Source: Selaginella moellendorffii
Lineage: Eukaryota; Plantae; Lycopodiophyta
DNA length: 64,000 nucleotides
NCBI RefSeq assembly: GCF_000143415.4
Contig: NW_003314274.1
Span: forward strand, 376,806-440,805
Direction of reading: 5' to 3'
Position 1 is the stretch's first letter, and each line of letters begins with the position of its first letter. The notes beneath the pieces are model-generated. The model saw nothing but the letters and a program-made list of their open reading frames with translations, had not been told where the DNA came from and ran no database searches. This document shows, one piece after another, positions 13,380-25,198 of the stretch. The position numbers were made by a program, and so were the translations under genes.

Positions 13380-16300
13380 TTAAATCTCACCTTGAACCCG
13401 GGTTATGAATGCTCTTGCTGCATCTCTTGCACGGTCTGGCAAGGTGATGGTGGCACTCTGCTTCCGCATCCAACCATGCACAACATTATCCACCGATATG
13501 CTCATGCTGGGATCCCTTGGATTCAGCACCCATCTCTTTTCTAGGCAATCCTTCGTATATCCGGAACTTGGCTTGAACCACTCCACAGTTACATTGAAGG
13601 AGTTAGTTTCCGCGTCCTCCTCTGCATCAGTGATGCAGCGCCCCACCCATATCATTTGTTTTTTATTACTGGGTCTGACAAGCACGACCATTCCTTTGCA
13701 GACTTGTACTGGATTGAATGCTGAATCCGGCTTCTTGTTCCTCGGCCCACAATAGTGATCCTCAACATCGTTATCTGTCACTGCATTTCCAGAGGACATT
13801 GTTCCGCTACTATCTGGTGCTCTGGGTTCTGGCCAAAAGGACTCTTCCAATTCTTCATATACAACCGGCCCATTTTGGATAGCAGATATAATCTTCTCCC
13901 AGTATTCGAGCAAATGCTTGCACCTCTTAAAATAGGATTCTCCACCAAACACCAACCCCCTCTTCCAGAAGGCAATATGCTGTCTAATCCCGGCCACTAT
14001 ACTTTCCTGGTCTTTGAGTCCATCCGGGTGCATCGGCGGTGGGGAACCCTGAGGAATCATAGGTTCCCCAGTTATGGGATCTCTCTTGAAGAGTTCAATG
14101 CCGTCCACTGGCAACCACACTGTGTCCCATTCTCTCATCTTGTACCTCATCACTGGAGCACCGTCACGCATGCTGAAATGAAACTGAAGAGGCTTGGAGT
14201 GGCCAATCAGCGTTTCGGATCCATCCCTGATGTAGCCTCTTACAAACCCCTTAAAGTCTGGAACCTCTGTCACAAGTGCAGCTTCAACAGTGCCTTTGAT
14301 GCAATTTTGGAATTCATCGTAGAGTTGTGGGAGGGTGAGGACATTGGATCGCCGGAGGAACTCTGCCAGGTGACTGAACATGGCATCGACGTCTTCATGA
14401 GTGTGCCCAACCATGAGAAAGCCAAGTGTAACCGTTTCAAATATGCCTTTGGCAACAAGCATCGCCAAGTACGCGAAGACGTACATGTTTTTGTTCTCAC
14501 TGCCAGCATTGTCTGTTTGGAGCAGAAGATGGGGTGGAAGGCCACATCGGCCGCAAGAACTTCCTTGAGATTCTGCTTCGTTTGGATGAGGCTGTGCATT
14601 CACCGGGCGACCAGCCTCGTCGGAATGGCATGAGGCCTCACGTGATAACCCTACAATCTGACGGCCAACATATTCACTGGGATGGCATGGGGCCCCACGC
14701 GATACTGCAAGCCTTTGCTCCTCCTCCAGCTGAACCCTGTATGGGGTTCGATCGACAAGGGCCTTATGCAAGGGTTGGCCGTTCAGCTCAGTCTGCGCAC
14801 TTTGCAAAGACCTTAAGTGTTTTGCTAGGGACGCAATCATCATGTTTGCACCCCCGCCACCCCATAGAGGCACAAAGAAGTTCCCATAGTTCTGGGCACC
14901 ATGCCCATGAGCGATTATGCCAAACAGAGACACAGGCAGCTGCATGGATGAAGAGATTGCCTTGGGGGCAGGATTGAGTCGAGGTAAGCACGTCTTTTTC
15001 TGGTCCATTTTGTCATGGATGATGCAGAGGTAAGAGTCAGGTCTCTCCATGGAGAGAATCCTGTTATGATAATATGCAGTCCTGCAGCTTCTCTGCTCGA
15101 TGTTGTGGTCGAGCCGCCTTCTAACCAACGTCTCTCGCTCTTGAGCGCTGCAAGAATTCTTCGACAAAGCCATTTTGATAGCAGTGCACTCGTCACACTT
15201 TGAAAAGCTGGAGTACTTTCCTATACTCACATCCCTGAACCTGTTGCTCCACAATCTACTAAATCTAGATTGGCTCAGCTTCCTGTAGCCATTACTCTGG
15301 AGTTCCCGATTCACATCTTCCAATATGGCCCCCTTGGTATACATGGAAGGGAGAACTCGTTGGGTGTCTCGTGTTCCATCTTCCAAGAGGCGGGTTTTAT
15401 GTGGTTGCTGCTCGCTACATGTCTCGACAAACCTCTTGAAGATTGCCTCTCCATATACAACATGACCCCTGGTTTTGTGCATACCGTCGTTCCCATGGAC
15501 TGCCTGTTGAACCCTTTGTTCCTCGAACTCAGTTTTGATTCTGTAGAATGTGGTTCGAGGGACTCCATAAATGATTCTCCATGCCTTCATGCAGACCAAA
15601 CCCCTCTGGAAGACCATGCCCCCCACCTGATGTTCTGAAGCATCAACAGATGACCGTAATGCCTCATACACAAAATTGCGAGCTGCCTTCCAGGACAATG
15701 TCTTGTATCTTGCTCTCTCCTCTTCAATAGCATCCCAATCAGCATGTTGACAGCACCTCCTCTTGCAACAAGCAACTGTCGAGACCATTCGAACCTCCAT
15801 CGCCATTTTCTGCCTTTTCGGTTCGTTGCTCAGATCCCTTTGGCTGCGCTGTAGGAAGGTGTACTTTCTTTTCCCATGAAGAGATGTTCTGTCATCAGTT
15901 GTTGTGGTGTTTGATTGTGAATCCTTCACATTCTCAAACACTAAATGCCTCAATTTCCACCGCACAATGCTTCCAATAGTCAGACTGTTTTCTTCTGTGT
16001 CAACAACCTCTAAAATTGCAACTCCAATATCATCCCAGCCCAATTCTTGATTAGCAACCGCATCTCTTGGATCGACAACTGTGGCTAAGCCCTCAGCTAC
16101 CACCTCCCCCTCGGGGTTGTTTAGAAACACCTTTGCCTGAATCCATGTAGCACGGTTCTTAAGATCCACGGAGGGAACATGCGTCGCACTTGCGCTGTCC
16201 CCAACATCTGCTTTCTTCTGCAGATTTTTCAAGGCAACAACAACATTTACCCCGACGACCATCTCTCCTCGTTCAATAGCGACCACATTCCCATCGAAGA

Positions 16301-16445
16301 CAGTCTCTACTGATACAGCAGCATTGCCTTCCCCAAGCCTTTGACAGTGTATAACAAAGTTCCGATCCATAGACACAAGGGTCCCTTTTGCAACTCTCTT
16401 CCCACCATTCAAAATGTAAACCTTTTCCCCAACCCTGAAGGCCAT
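13380..16445 (-). CDS. DDE/D transposase (Sola-like), 1021 aa, intact ORF
   Basis: Motifs CDEC, IIHDKMDQ, LLQTDNAGSENKN, FLMVGHTHEDVDAMFS. Lies between the TIRs. A splice-acceptor-like TTCACTTTCAG sits just upstream of the ATG. Confidence 0.85.
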   Translation of the reverse strand: MAFRVGEKVYILNGGKRVAKGTLVSMDRNFVIHCQRLGEGNAAVSVETVFDGNVVAIERGEMVVGVNVVVALKNLQKKADVGDSASATHVPSVDLKNRATWIQAKVFLNNPEGEVVAEGLATVVDPRDAVANQELGWDDIGVAILEVVDTEENSLTIGSIVRWKLRHLVFENVKDSQSNTTTTDDRTSLHGKRKYTFLQRSQRDLSNEPKRQKMAMEVRMVSTVACCKRRCCQHADWDAIEEERARYKTLSWKAARNFVYEALRSSVDASEHQVGGMVFQRGLVCMKAWRIIYGVPRTTFYRIKTEFEEQRVQQAVHGNDGMHKTRGHVVYGEAIFKRFVETCSEQQPHKTRLLEDGTRDTQRVLPSMYTKGAILEDVNRELQSNGYRKLSQSRFSRLWSNRFRDVSIGKYSSFSKCDECTAIKMALSKNSCSAQERETLVRRRLDHNIEQRSCRTAYYHNRILSMERPDSYLCIIHDKMDQKKTCLPRLNPAPKAISSSMQLPVSLFGIIAHGHGAQNYGNFFVPLWGGGGANMMIASLAKHLRSLQSAQTELNGQPLHKALVDRTPYRVQLEEEQRLAVSRGAPCHPSEYVGRQIVGLSREASCHSDEAGRPVNAQPHPNEAESQGSSCGRCGLPPHLLLQTDNAGSENKNMYVFAYLAMLVAKGIFETVTLGFLMVGHTHEDVDAMFSHLAEFLRRSNVLTLPQLYDEFQNCIKGTVEAALVTEVPDFKGFVRGYIRDGSETLIGHSKPLQFHFSMRDGAPVMRYKMREWDTVWLPVDGIELFKRDPITGEPMIPQGSPPPMHPDGLKDQESIVAGIRQHIAFWKRGLVFGGESYFKRCKHLLEYWEKIISAIQNGPVVYEELEESFWPEPRAPDSSGTMSSGNAVTDNDVEDHYCGPRNKKPDSAFNPVQVCKGMVVLVRPSNKKQMIWVGRCITDAEEDAETNSFNVTVEWFKPSSGYTKDCLEKRWVLNPRDPSMSISVDNVVHGWMRKQSATITLPDRARDAARAFITRVQGEI

Positions 16446-16802
16446 TCTGAAAGTGAAGAAAAGAAGTTAAGACCATACAAAAAATGATTGGAGAATGGCC
16501 TAAATCATAACATACCAAATAGCATGAGGCCACATGCCATTATTCAAACATGCTATTGACACCCACGTGAAATTTCGCATTCACAAAATTGGCATGAGGC
16601 CTCATGCCATCTTGATATACACACAGCTGCAGGCAAGTAAAAACATACATGACAATACGCTAGCCATGAAATTGCAAGGGCCCAAGATGGCATGTGGCCT
16701 CATGCCATTTCTAAATGTGGTCCTAAACCATTCCATGGTGAACATACCAGGAAACACAAGTGCCGAATATCAAGAGGAAGCGGTAGCCACACCAAAGACA
16801 GT

Positions 16803-16990
16803 GCCGCTCGCAACACCGCAACTACTCGTAGCGCCGCTCGCAACACCGCAACTGCTCGTAGCGCCGCTCGCACAAACTGCCACTCGCATAAACTGCCGCT
16901 CGCAATGGCGCTCGCAATGCCGCAACCGCTTGTAGACGCATAAACCACAGCTCACAACGCCGCTTACACAAGCAGCGCTCACTGCGCTCA
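16803..16990. repeat. CG-rich GCCGCTCGCA repeats upstream of the transposase
   Basis: A 30-bp unit repeated about 2.3 times plus further partial copies; same at 52733-52920. Confidence 0.7.
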
Positions 16991-17244
16991 GCGGAACCAA
17001 GAACACGGCGCACAAAAATGATAGACCTAGGAATGAGTTCGAGAATTCAAAAATAACACACGCTTGAACGTCACATCAAATCCTCTGACAAACCAGATCT
17101 TATGTTTCCTTTGACAAATTTCAAACTGAGTAGCTTCTAGACTTTGCTGTCGGAGGTTGAACTTTGTCACATCATGTCCTTGCCTCGATCCAGCTGTGCT
17201 ATGTCAGTGATTCGAACTTTGCCATGCCATGTCAGCGATCCGCG

Positions 17245-20200
17245 CCAAGATTATTTGCCGTGTAAAGGAATAATTATGCTGTGTGTGTACGTCCATTTAT
17301 GGCAATATAAGGCCACACGCCATTCAAAGAATAATGCTAGTCGAGCATCTTTTGGTGCATTTTTGGGTTCAAAATTGCATGAGCCCACACGCTATAAAGT
17401 TTACCTGTACCAAAAATAGAAACAGCTTTATTTACTTGGGAATTTATATGGCTGAGGCATTTTTAAACTTACAAACACATGCCCTACTTACATTCCTTTG
17501 GTTGCTTAAAATTCAAAAATATTATAAACCTTTCTTTTTGCATTTTCAATGTTTTCAATTATGGTTTTTGATTTTCGCAGGACCAGCCTAGTAATCTATT
17601 TGCATCCCGTCATGTTTATAGTTAGCTTTCGTTTGTCCCCTTCGCTAGCCTGAGATACATCTGCTCGGCATCTGCCTCTTACAGCATTTGCCCAGAAAGG
17701 GCATCTTCTTCACGCAGCATTTGCCACATATTTAGGGTTAGGGTTTAGGGTTTAGGGTTTAGCAATTCAGTAGCTTGATAAACATGCAAATACAGAACTT
17801 GATGCAAAATCCTTTGATATGTCACAATGCCCCTAGGACCATAAACACATTTCAATAGAGAGGGTCCTTTCATTTCATAACTCCTTACGTAGATCTCGGT
17901 GAAACCAGAGTTAGTGAAGTTGGTTTCTTGTGATCCCGCATCTGATTGTGATGTCCCTTTGCAGTGTCGATGGAAAGGTCAATGCACACCAAATTGTAGA
18001 ATCTTGGAGCAAAATAACGGTCGGATCTATGGCAAATGCCCCTGAAACATTGTAAGGCTCGTGTGGTCTCATGTGGTGTCCGATCGAGATGCTTCTTTGC
18101 AGGGTCATCAACAAGGACATTGTATACCATTCTGTAAAATCTGGTTGCGATCTAACGGTTGGATCTCCAGGAAACTCAAAACAATCTCGCGCGTGTCAGA
18201 ATATTCTAGGAATATACTCCTATGTGCTCCAAGATTATTCGCCGTGTAAAGGAATAATTATGCTGTGTCATTTATGGCAATATAAGGCCACACGCCATTC
18301 AAAGAATAATGCTAGTCGAGCATTTTTTGGTGCATTTTTGGGTTCAAAATTGCATGAGCCCACACGCTATAAAGTTTACCTGTACCAAAAATAGAAACAG
18401 CTTTATTTACTTGGGAATTTATATGGCTGAGGCATTTTTAAACTTACAAACACATGCCCTACTTACATTCCTTTGGTTGCTAGCTTTCGTTTGTCCCCTT
18501 CACTAGCCTGAGATACATCTGCTCGGCATCTGCCTCTTACAGCATCTGCCCAGAAAGGGCATCTTTCTTCACGCAGCATTTGCCACATGTTTAGGGTTTA
18601 GGGTTTAGGGTTTAGCAATTCAGTAGCTTGATAAACATGCAAATACAGAACTTGATGCAAAATCCTTGGATATGTCACAATGCCCCTAGGACCATAAACA
18701 CATTTCAATAGAGAGGGTCCTTTCATTTCATAACTCCTTACGTAGATCTCGGTGAAACCAGAGTTAGTGAAGTTGGTTTCTTGTGATCCCGCATCTGATT
18801 GTGATGTCCCTTTGCAGTGTCGATGGAAAGGTCAATGCACACCAAACTGTAGAATCTTGGAGCAAAATAACGGTCGGATCTATGGCAAATGCCCCTGAAA
18901 CATTGTAAGGCTCGTGTGGTCTCATGTGGTGTCCGATCGAGATGCTTCTTTGCAGGGTCATCAACAAGGACATTGTATACCATTCTGTAAAATCTGGTTG
19001 CGATCTAACAGTTGGATCTCCAGGAAACTCAAAACAATCTCGCGCGTGTCAGAATATTCTAGGAATATACTCCTATGTGCTCCAAGATTATTCGCCGTGT
19101 AAAGGAATAATTATGCTGTGTCATTTATGGCAATATAAGGCCACACGCCATTCAAAGAATAATGCTAGTCGAGCATTTTTTGGTGCATTTTTGGGTTCAA
19201 AAGTGCATGAGCCCACACGCTATAAAGTTTACCTGTACCAAAAATAGAAACAGCTTTATTTACTTGGGAATTTATATGGCTGAGGCATTTTTAAACTTAC
19301 AAACACATGCCCTACTTACATTCCTTTGGTTGCTAGCTTTCGTTTGTCCCCTTCACTAGCCTGAGATACATCTGCTCGGCATCTGCCTCTTACAGCATTT
19401 GCCCAGAAAGGGCATCTTTCTTCACGCAGCATTTGCCACATGTTTAGGGTTTAGGGTTTAGGGTTTAGCAATTCAGTAGCTTGATAAACATGCAAATACA
19501 GAACTTGATGCAAAATCCTTGGATATGTCACAATGCCCCTAGGACCATAAACACATTTCAATAGAGAGGGTCCTTTCATTTCATAACTCCTTACGTAGAT
19601 CTCGGTGAAACCAGAGTTAGTGAAGTTGGTTTCTTGTGATCCCGCATCTGATTGTGATGTCCCTTTGCAGTGTCGATGGAAAGGTCAATGCACACCAAAC
19701 TGTAGAATCTTGGAGCAAAATAACGGTCGGATCTATGGCAAATGCCCCTGAAACATTGTAAGGCTCGTGTGGTCTCATGTGGTGTCCGATCGAGATGCTT
19801 CTTTGCAGGGTCATCAAGAAGGACATTGTATACCATTCTGTAAAATCTGGTTGCGATCTAACGGTTGGATCTCCAGGAAACTCAAAACAATCTCGCGCGT
19901 GTCAGAATATTCTAGGAATATACTCCTATGTGCTCCAAGATTATTCGCCGTGTAAAGGAATAATTATGCTGTGTCATTTATGGCAATATAAGGCCACACG
20001 CCATTCAAAGAATAATGCTAGTCGAGCATTTTTTGGTGCATTTTTGGGTTCAAAAGTGCATGAGCCCACACGCTATAAAGTTTACCTGTACCAAAAATAG
20101 AAACAGCTTTATTTACTTGGGAATTTATATGGCTGAGGCATTTTTAAACTTACAAACACATGCCCTACTTACATTCCTTTGGTTGCTAGCTTTCGTTTGT

Positions 20201-23200
20201 CCCCTTCACTAGCCTGAGATACATCTGCTCGGCATCTGCCTCTTATAGCATTTGCCCAGAAAGGGCATCTTTCTTCACGCAGCATTTGCCACATGTTTAG
20301 GGTTTAGGGTTTAGGGTTTAGCAATTCAGTAGCTTGATAAACATGCAAATACAGAACTTGATGCAAAATCCTTGGATATGTCACAATGCCCCTAGGACCA
20401 TAAACACATTTCAATAGAGAGGGTCCTTTCATTTCATAACTCCTTACGTAGATCTCGGTGAAACCAGAGTTAGTGAAGTTGGTTTCTTGTGATCCCGCAT
20501 CTGATTGTGATGTCCCTTTGCAGTGTCGATGGAAAGGTCAATGCACACCAAACTGTAGAATCTTGGAGCAAAATAACGGTCGGATCTATGGCAAATGCCC
20601 CTGAAACATTGTAAGGCTCGTGTGGTCTCATGTGGTGTCCGATCGAGATGCTTCTTTGCAGGGTCATCAAGAAGGACATTGTATACCATTCTGTAAAATC
20701 TGGTTGCGATCTAACGGTTGGATCTCCAGGAAACTCAAAACAATCTCGCGCGTGTCAGAATATTCTAGGAATATACTCCTATGTGCTCCAAGATTATTCG
20801 CCGTGTAAAGGAATAATTATGCTGTGTCATTTATGGCAATATAAGGCCACACGCCATTCAAAGAATAATGCTAGTCGAGCATTTTTTGGTGCATTTTTGG
20901 GTTCAAAATTGCATGAGCCCACACGCTATAAAGTTTACCTGTACCAAAAATAGAAACAGCTTTATTTACTTGGGAATTTATATGGCTGAGGCATTTTTAA
21001 ACTTACAAACACATGCCCTACTTACATTCCTTTGGTTGCTAGCTTTCGTTTGTCCCCTTCACTAGCCTGAGATACATCTGCTCGGCATCTGCCTCTTATA
21101 GCATTTGCCCAGAAAGGGCATCTTTCTTCACGCAGCATTTGCCACATGTTTAGGGTTTAGGGTTTAGGGTTTAGCAATTCAGTAGCTTGATAAACATGCA
21201 AATACAGAACTTGATGCAAAATCCTTGGATATGTCACAATGCCCCTAGGACCATAAACACATTTCAATAGAGAGGGTCCTTTCATTTCATAACTCCTTAC
21301 GTAGATCTCGGTGAAACCAGAGTTAGTGAAGTTGGTTTCTTGTGATCCCGCATCTGATTGTGATGTCCCTTTGCAGTGTCGATGGAAAGGTCAATGCACA
21401 CCAAACTGTAGAATCTTGGAGCAAAATAACGGTCGGATCTATGGCAAATGCCCCTGAAACATTGTAAGGCTCGTGTGGTCTCATGTGGTGTCCGATCGAG
21501 ATGCTTCTTTGCAGGGTCATCAAGAAGGACATTGTATACCATTCTGTAAAATCTGGTTGCGATCTAACGGTTGGATCTCCAGGAAACTCAAAACAATCTC
21601 GCGCGTGTCAGAATATTCTAGGAATATACTCCTATGTGCTCCAAGATTATTCGCCGTGTAAAGGAATAATTATGCTGTGTCATTTATGGCAATATAAGGC
21701 CACACGCCATTCAAAGAATAATGCTAGTCGAGCATTTTTTGGTGCATTTTTGGGTTCAAAAGTGCATGAGCCCACACGCTATAAAGTTTACCTGTACCAA
21801 AAATAGAAACAGCTTTATTTACTTGGGAATTTATATGGCTGAGGCATTTTTAAACTTACAAACACATGCCCTACTTACATTCCTTTGGTTGCTAGCTTTC
21901 GTTTGTCCCCTTCACTAGCCTGAGATACATCTGCTCGGCATCTGCCTCTTATAGCATTTGCCCAGAAAGGGCATCTTTCTTCACGCAGCATTTGCCACAT
22001 GTTTAGGGTTTAGGGTTTAGGGTTTAGCAATTCAGTAGCTTGATAAACATGCAAATACAGAACTTGATGCAAAATCCTTGGATATGTCACAATGCCCCTA
22101 GGACCATAAACACATTTCAATAGAGAGGGTCCTTTCATTTCATAACTCCTTACGTAGATCTCGGTGAAACCAGAGTTAGTGAAGTTGGTTTCTTGTGATC
22201 CCGCATCTGATTGTGATGTCCCTTTGCAGTGTCGATGGAAAGGTCAATGCACACCAAACTGTAGAATCTTGGAGCAAAATAACGGTCGGATCTATGGCAA
22301 ATGCCCCTGAAACATTGTAAGGCTCGTGTGGTCTCATGTGGTGTCCGATCGAGATGCTTCTTTGCAGGGTCATCAAGAAGGACATTGTATACCATTCTGT
22401 AAAATCTGGTTGCGATCTAACGGTTGGATCTCCAGGAAACTCAAAACAATCTCGCGCGTGTCAGAATATTCTAGGAATATACTCCTATGTGCTCCAAGAT
22501 TATTCGCCGTGTAAAGGAATAATTATGCTGTGTCATTTATGGCAATATAAGGCCACACGCCATTCAAAGAATAATGCTAGTCGAGCATTTTTTGGTGCAT
22601 TTTTGGGTTCAAAAGTGCATGAGCCCACACGCTATAAAGTTTACCTGTACCAAAAATAGAAACAGCTTTATTTACTTGGGAATTTATATGGCTGAGGCAT
22701 TTTTAAACTTACAAACACATGCCCTACTTACATTCCTTTGGTTGCTAGCTTTCGTTTGTCCCCTTCACTAGCCTGAGATACATCTGCTCGGCATCTGCCT
22801 CTTATAGCATTTGCCCAGAAAGGGCATCTTTCTTCACGCAGCATTTGCCACATGTTTAGGGTTTAGGGTTTAGGGTTTAGCAATTCAGTAGCTTGATAAA
22901 CATGCAAATACAGAACTTGATGCAAAATCCTTGGATATGTCACAATGCCCCTAGGACCATAAACACATTTCAATAGAGAGGGTCCTTTCATTTCATAACT
23001 CCTTACGTAGATCTCGGTGAAACCAGAGTTAGTGAAGTTGGTTTCTTGTGATCCCGCATCTGATTGTGATGTCCCTTTGCAGTGTCGATGGAAAGGTCAA
23101 TGCACACCAAACTGTAGAATCTTGGAGCAAAATAACGGTCGGATCTATGGCAAATGCCCCTGAAACATTGTAAGGCTCGTGTGGTCTCATGTGGTGTCCG

Positions 23201-24201
23201 ATCGAGATGCTTCTTTGCAGGGTCATCAAGAAGGACATTGTATACCATTCTGTAAAATCTGGTTGCGATCTAACGGTTGGATCTCCAGGAAACTCAAAAC
23301 AATCTCGCGCGTGTCAGAATATTCTAGGAATATACTCCTATGTGCTCCAAGATTATTCGCCGTGTAAAGGAATAATTATGCTGTGTCATTTATGGCAATA
23401 TAAGGCCACACGCCATTCAAAGAATAATGCTAGTCGAGCATTTTTTGGTGCATTTTTGGGTTCAAAATTGCATGAGCCCACACGCTATAAAGTTTACCTG
23501 TACCAAAAATAGAAACAGCTTTATTTACTTGGGAATTTATATGGCTGAGGCATTTTTAAACTTACAAACACATGCCCTACTTACATTCCTTTGGTTGCTA
23601 GCTTTCGTTTGTCCCCTTCACTAGCCTGAGATACATCTGCTCGGCATCTGCCTCTTACAGCATTTGCCCAGAAAGGGCATCTTTCTTCACGCAGCATTTG
23701 CCACATGTTTAGGGTTTAGGGTTTAGGGTTTAGCAATTCAGTAGCTTGATAAACATGCAAATACAGAACTTGATGCAAAATCCTTGGATATGTCACAATG
23801 CCCCTAGGACCATAAACACATTTCAATAGAGAGGGTCCTTTCATTTCATAACTCCTTACGTAGATCTCGGTGAAACCAGAGTTAGTGAAGTTGGTTTCTT
23901 GTGATCCCGCATCTGATTGTGATGTCCCTTTGCAGTGTCGATGGAAAGGTCAATGCACACCAAACTGTAGAATCTTGGAGCAAAATAACGGTCGGATCTA
24001 TGGCAAATGCCCCTGAAACATTGTAAGGCTCGTGTGGTCTCATGTGGTGTCCGATCGAGATGCTTCTTTGCAGGGTCATCAAGAAGGACATTGTATACCA
24101 TTCTGTAAAATCTAGTTGCGATCTAACGGTTGGATCTCCAGGAAACTCAAAACAATCTCGCGTGTGTCAGAATATTCTAGGAATATACTCCTATGTGCTC
24201 C
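17245..24201. repeat. Tandem array of 8 units with 853-bp period (first unit about 984 bp), each with (TTTAGGG)3-4
   Basis: The same short ORFs recur at 17885, 18738, 19591 ... 23856; 18229 + 7x853 = 24200; units differ by a few SNPs. Confidence 0.97.
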
Positions 24202-24624
24202 TGAAAATGGCATGCGGCCCCACGCCATTCAAGAGATAACGCCAGATGATGCCGAGCATTTTTTGGTGCATTTTTTGGGATCAAAATTGCATGAGCCCAC
24301 ATGCTTGAATGTCATCCTCTGACAATTTATTTAGCTGAACATTTGGCATTTTTGGAAATACAAGATGCTTTGGAATATCCAATCATGCATGGTATAAATA
24401 TAGCGAGGGTATTAAATGATATCCCAATCATGATCTTTCTTTTGGATTTCGCGTGCATGCAGTCCGAGGAATGATGACGTTGCGGATTTCTTTTGGATTT
24501 CACGCATGCGCGCGCCGATCCAGAAATTAATGGTGGCGCCCAAGTCCGAGAAATGATGACGTGGCGGGATTACCAACCGTCGTGATATTTCGCGCGTGTG
24601 AGGTTAGGTTTTGCATTTTGCTTC

Positions 24625-24760
24625 GTACTCGCGCTCGCACACTCGCGCTCGCATCGCGCTCCCACTTCTCTACAGGTTTCTCGTGTGCATCGGCGTCCAC
24701 TCGCGCTTGCATCACACTCGCGCTCGCATCGCGCTCGTGTGCATCGGCGTCCACTTCAAG
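24625..24760. repeat. CG-rich CTCGCGCTCGCA repeats upstream of the cargo gene
   Basis: Repeated CACACTCGCGCTCGCATCGCGCTC and GTGTGCATCGGCGTCCACT blocks; copy 2 has a further 12-bp duplication. Confidence 0.7.
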
Positions 24761-25198
24761 ACACACCCAGTTTGTAACTTCGCCGCCAACTCCGCCGCCC
24801 ACTCCGCCACCCACACGCAGCCCACTTGGCGTCTCGGGAGATTTCAGCGCCACTCTCCAACTGTAAGTGGCAGAGTAGCCTTGCTGCTACGATCCGCTGC
24901 ACACACAGTGCACATTTGCCAGCGAGTCCGGTTGTCACGCCTCCATTCGGCTTCAAATGGTAAGTCTTTTAGGCCAAGTAGAAAATGGCATGAGGCCACA
25001 TGCCATTCAGTAGCAACATTGGCATGCACCGATTGGGCTCTCAAGTGCAGTCCGGTTACAGATGGCGTGTAGCCTCACGCCATCTTAGGATGCAGCCTCA
25101 AGACATCTGATGCAGTGGTGAATGGCGTGTGGCCTCACGTTATTTCCAGCTACTAGCTTTTCATCTGTCAGCTCTAATTGTTGTGCATTTCTGAACAG

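Noticed and set aside
13755-14633. 292-aa antisense ORF over the transposase
   Set aside because: Shadow ORF with no motifs; presence in both copies reflects recent duplication.
17731-17763. True telomere or chromosome-fusion site
   Set aside because: Only 3-4 repeats in one orientation, internal to a transposon.
17245-24201. CRISPR-like array or tandem small-protein genes
   Set aside because: Whole units are near-identical with no unique spacers; the 60-107 aa ORFs overlap in several frames with no recognisable domain.
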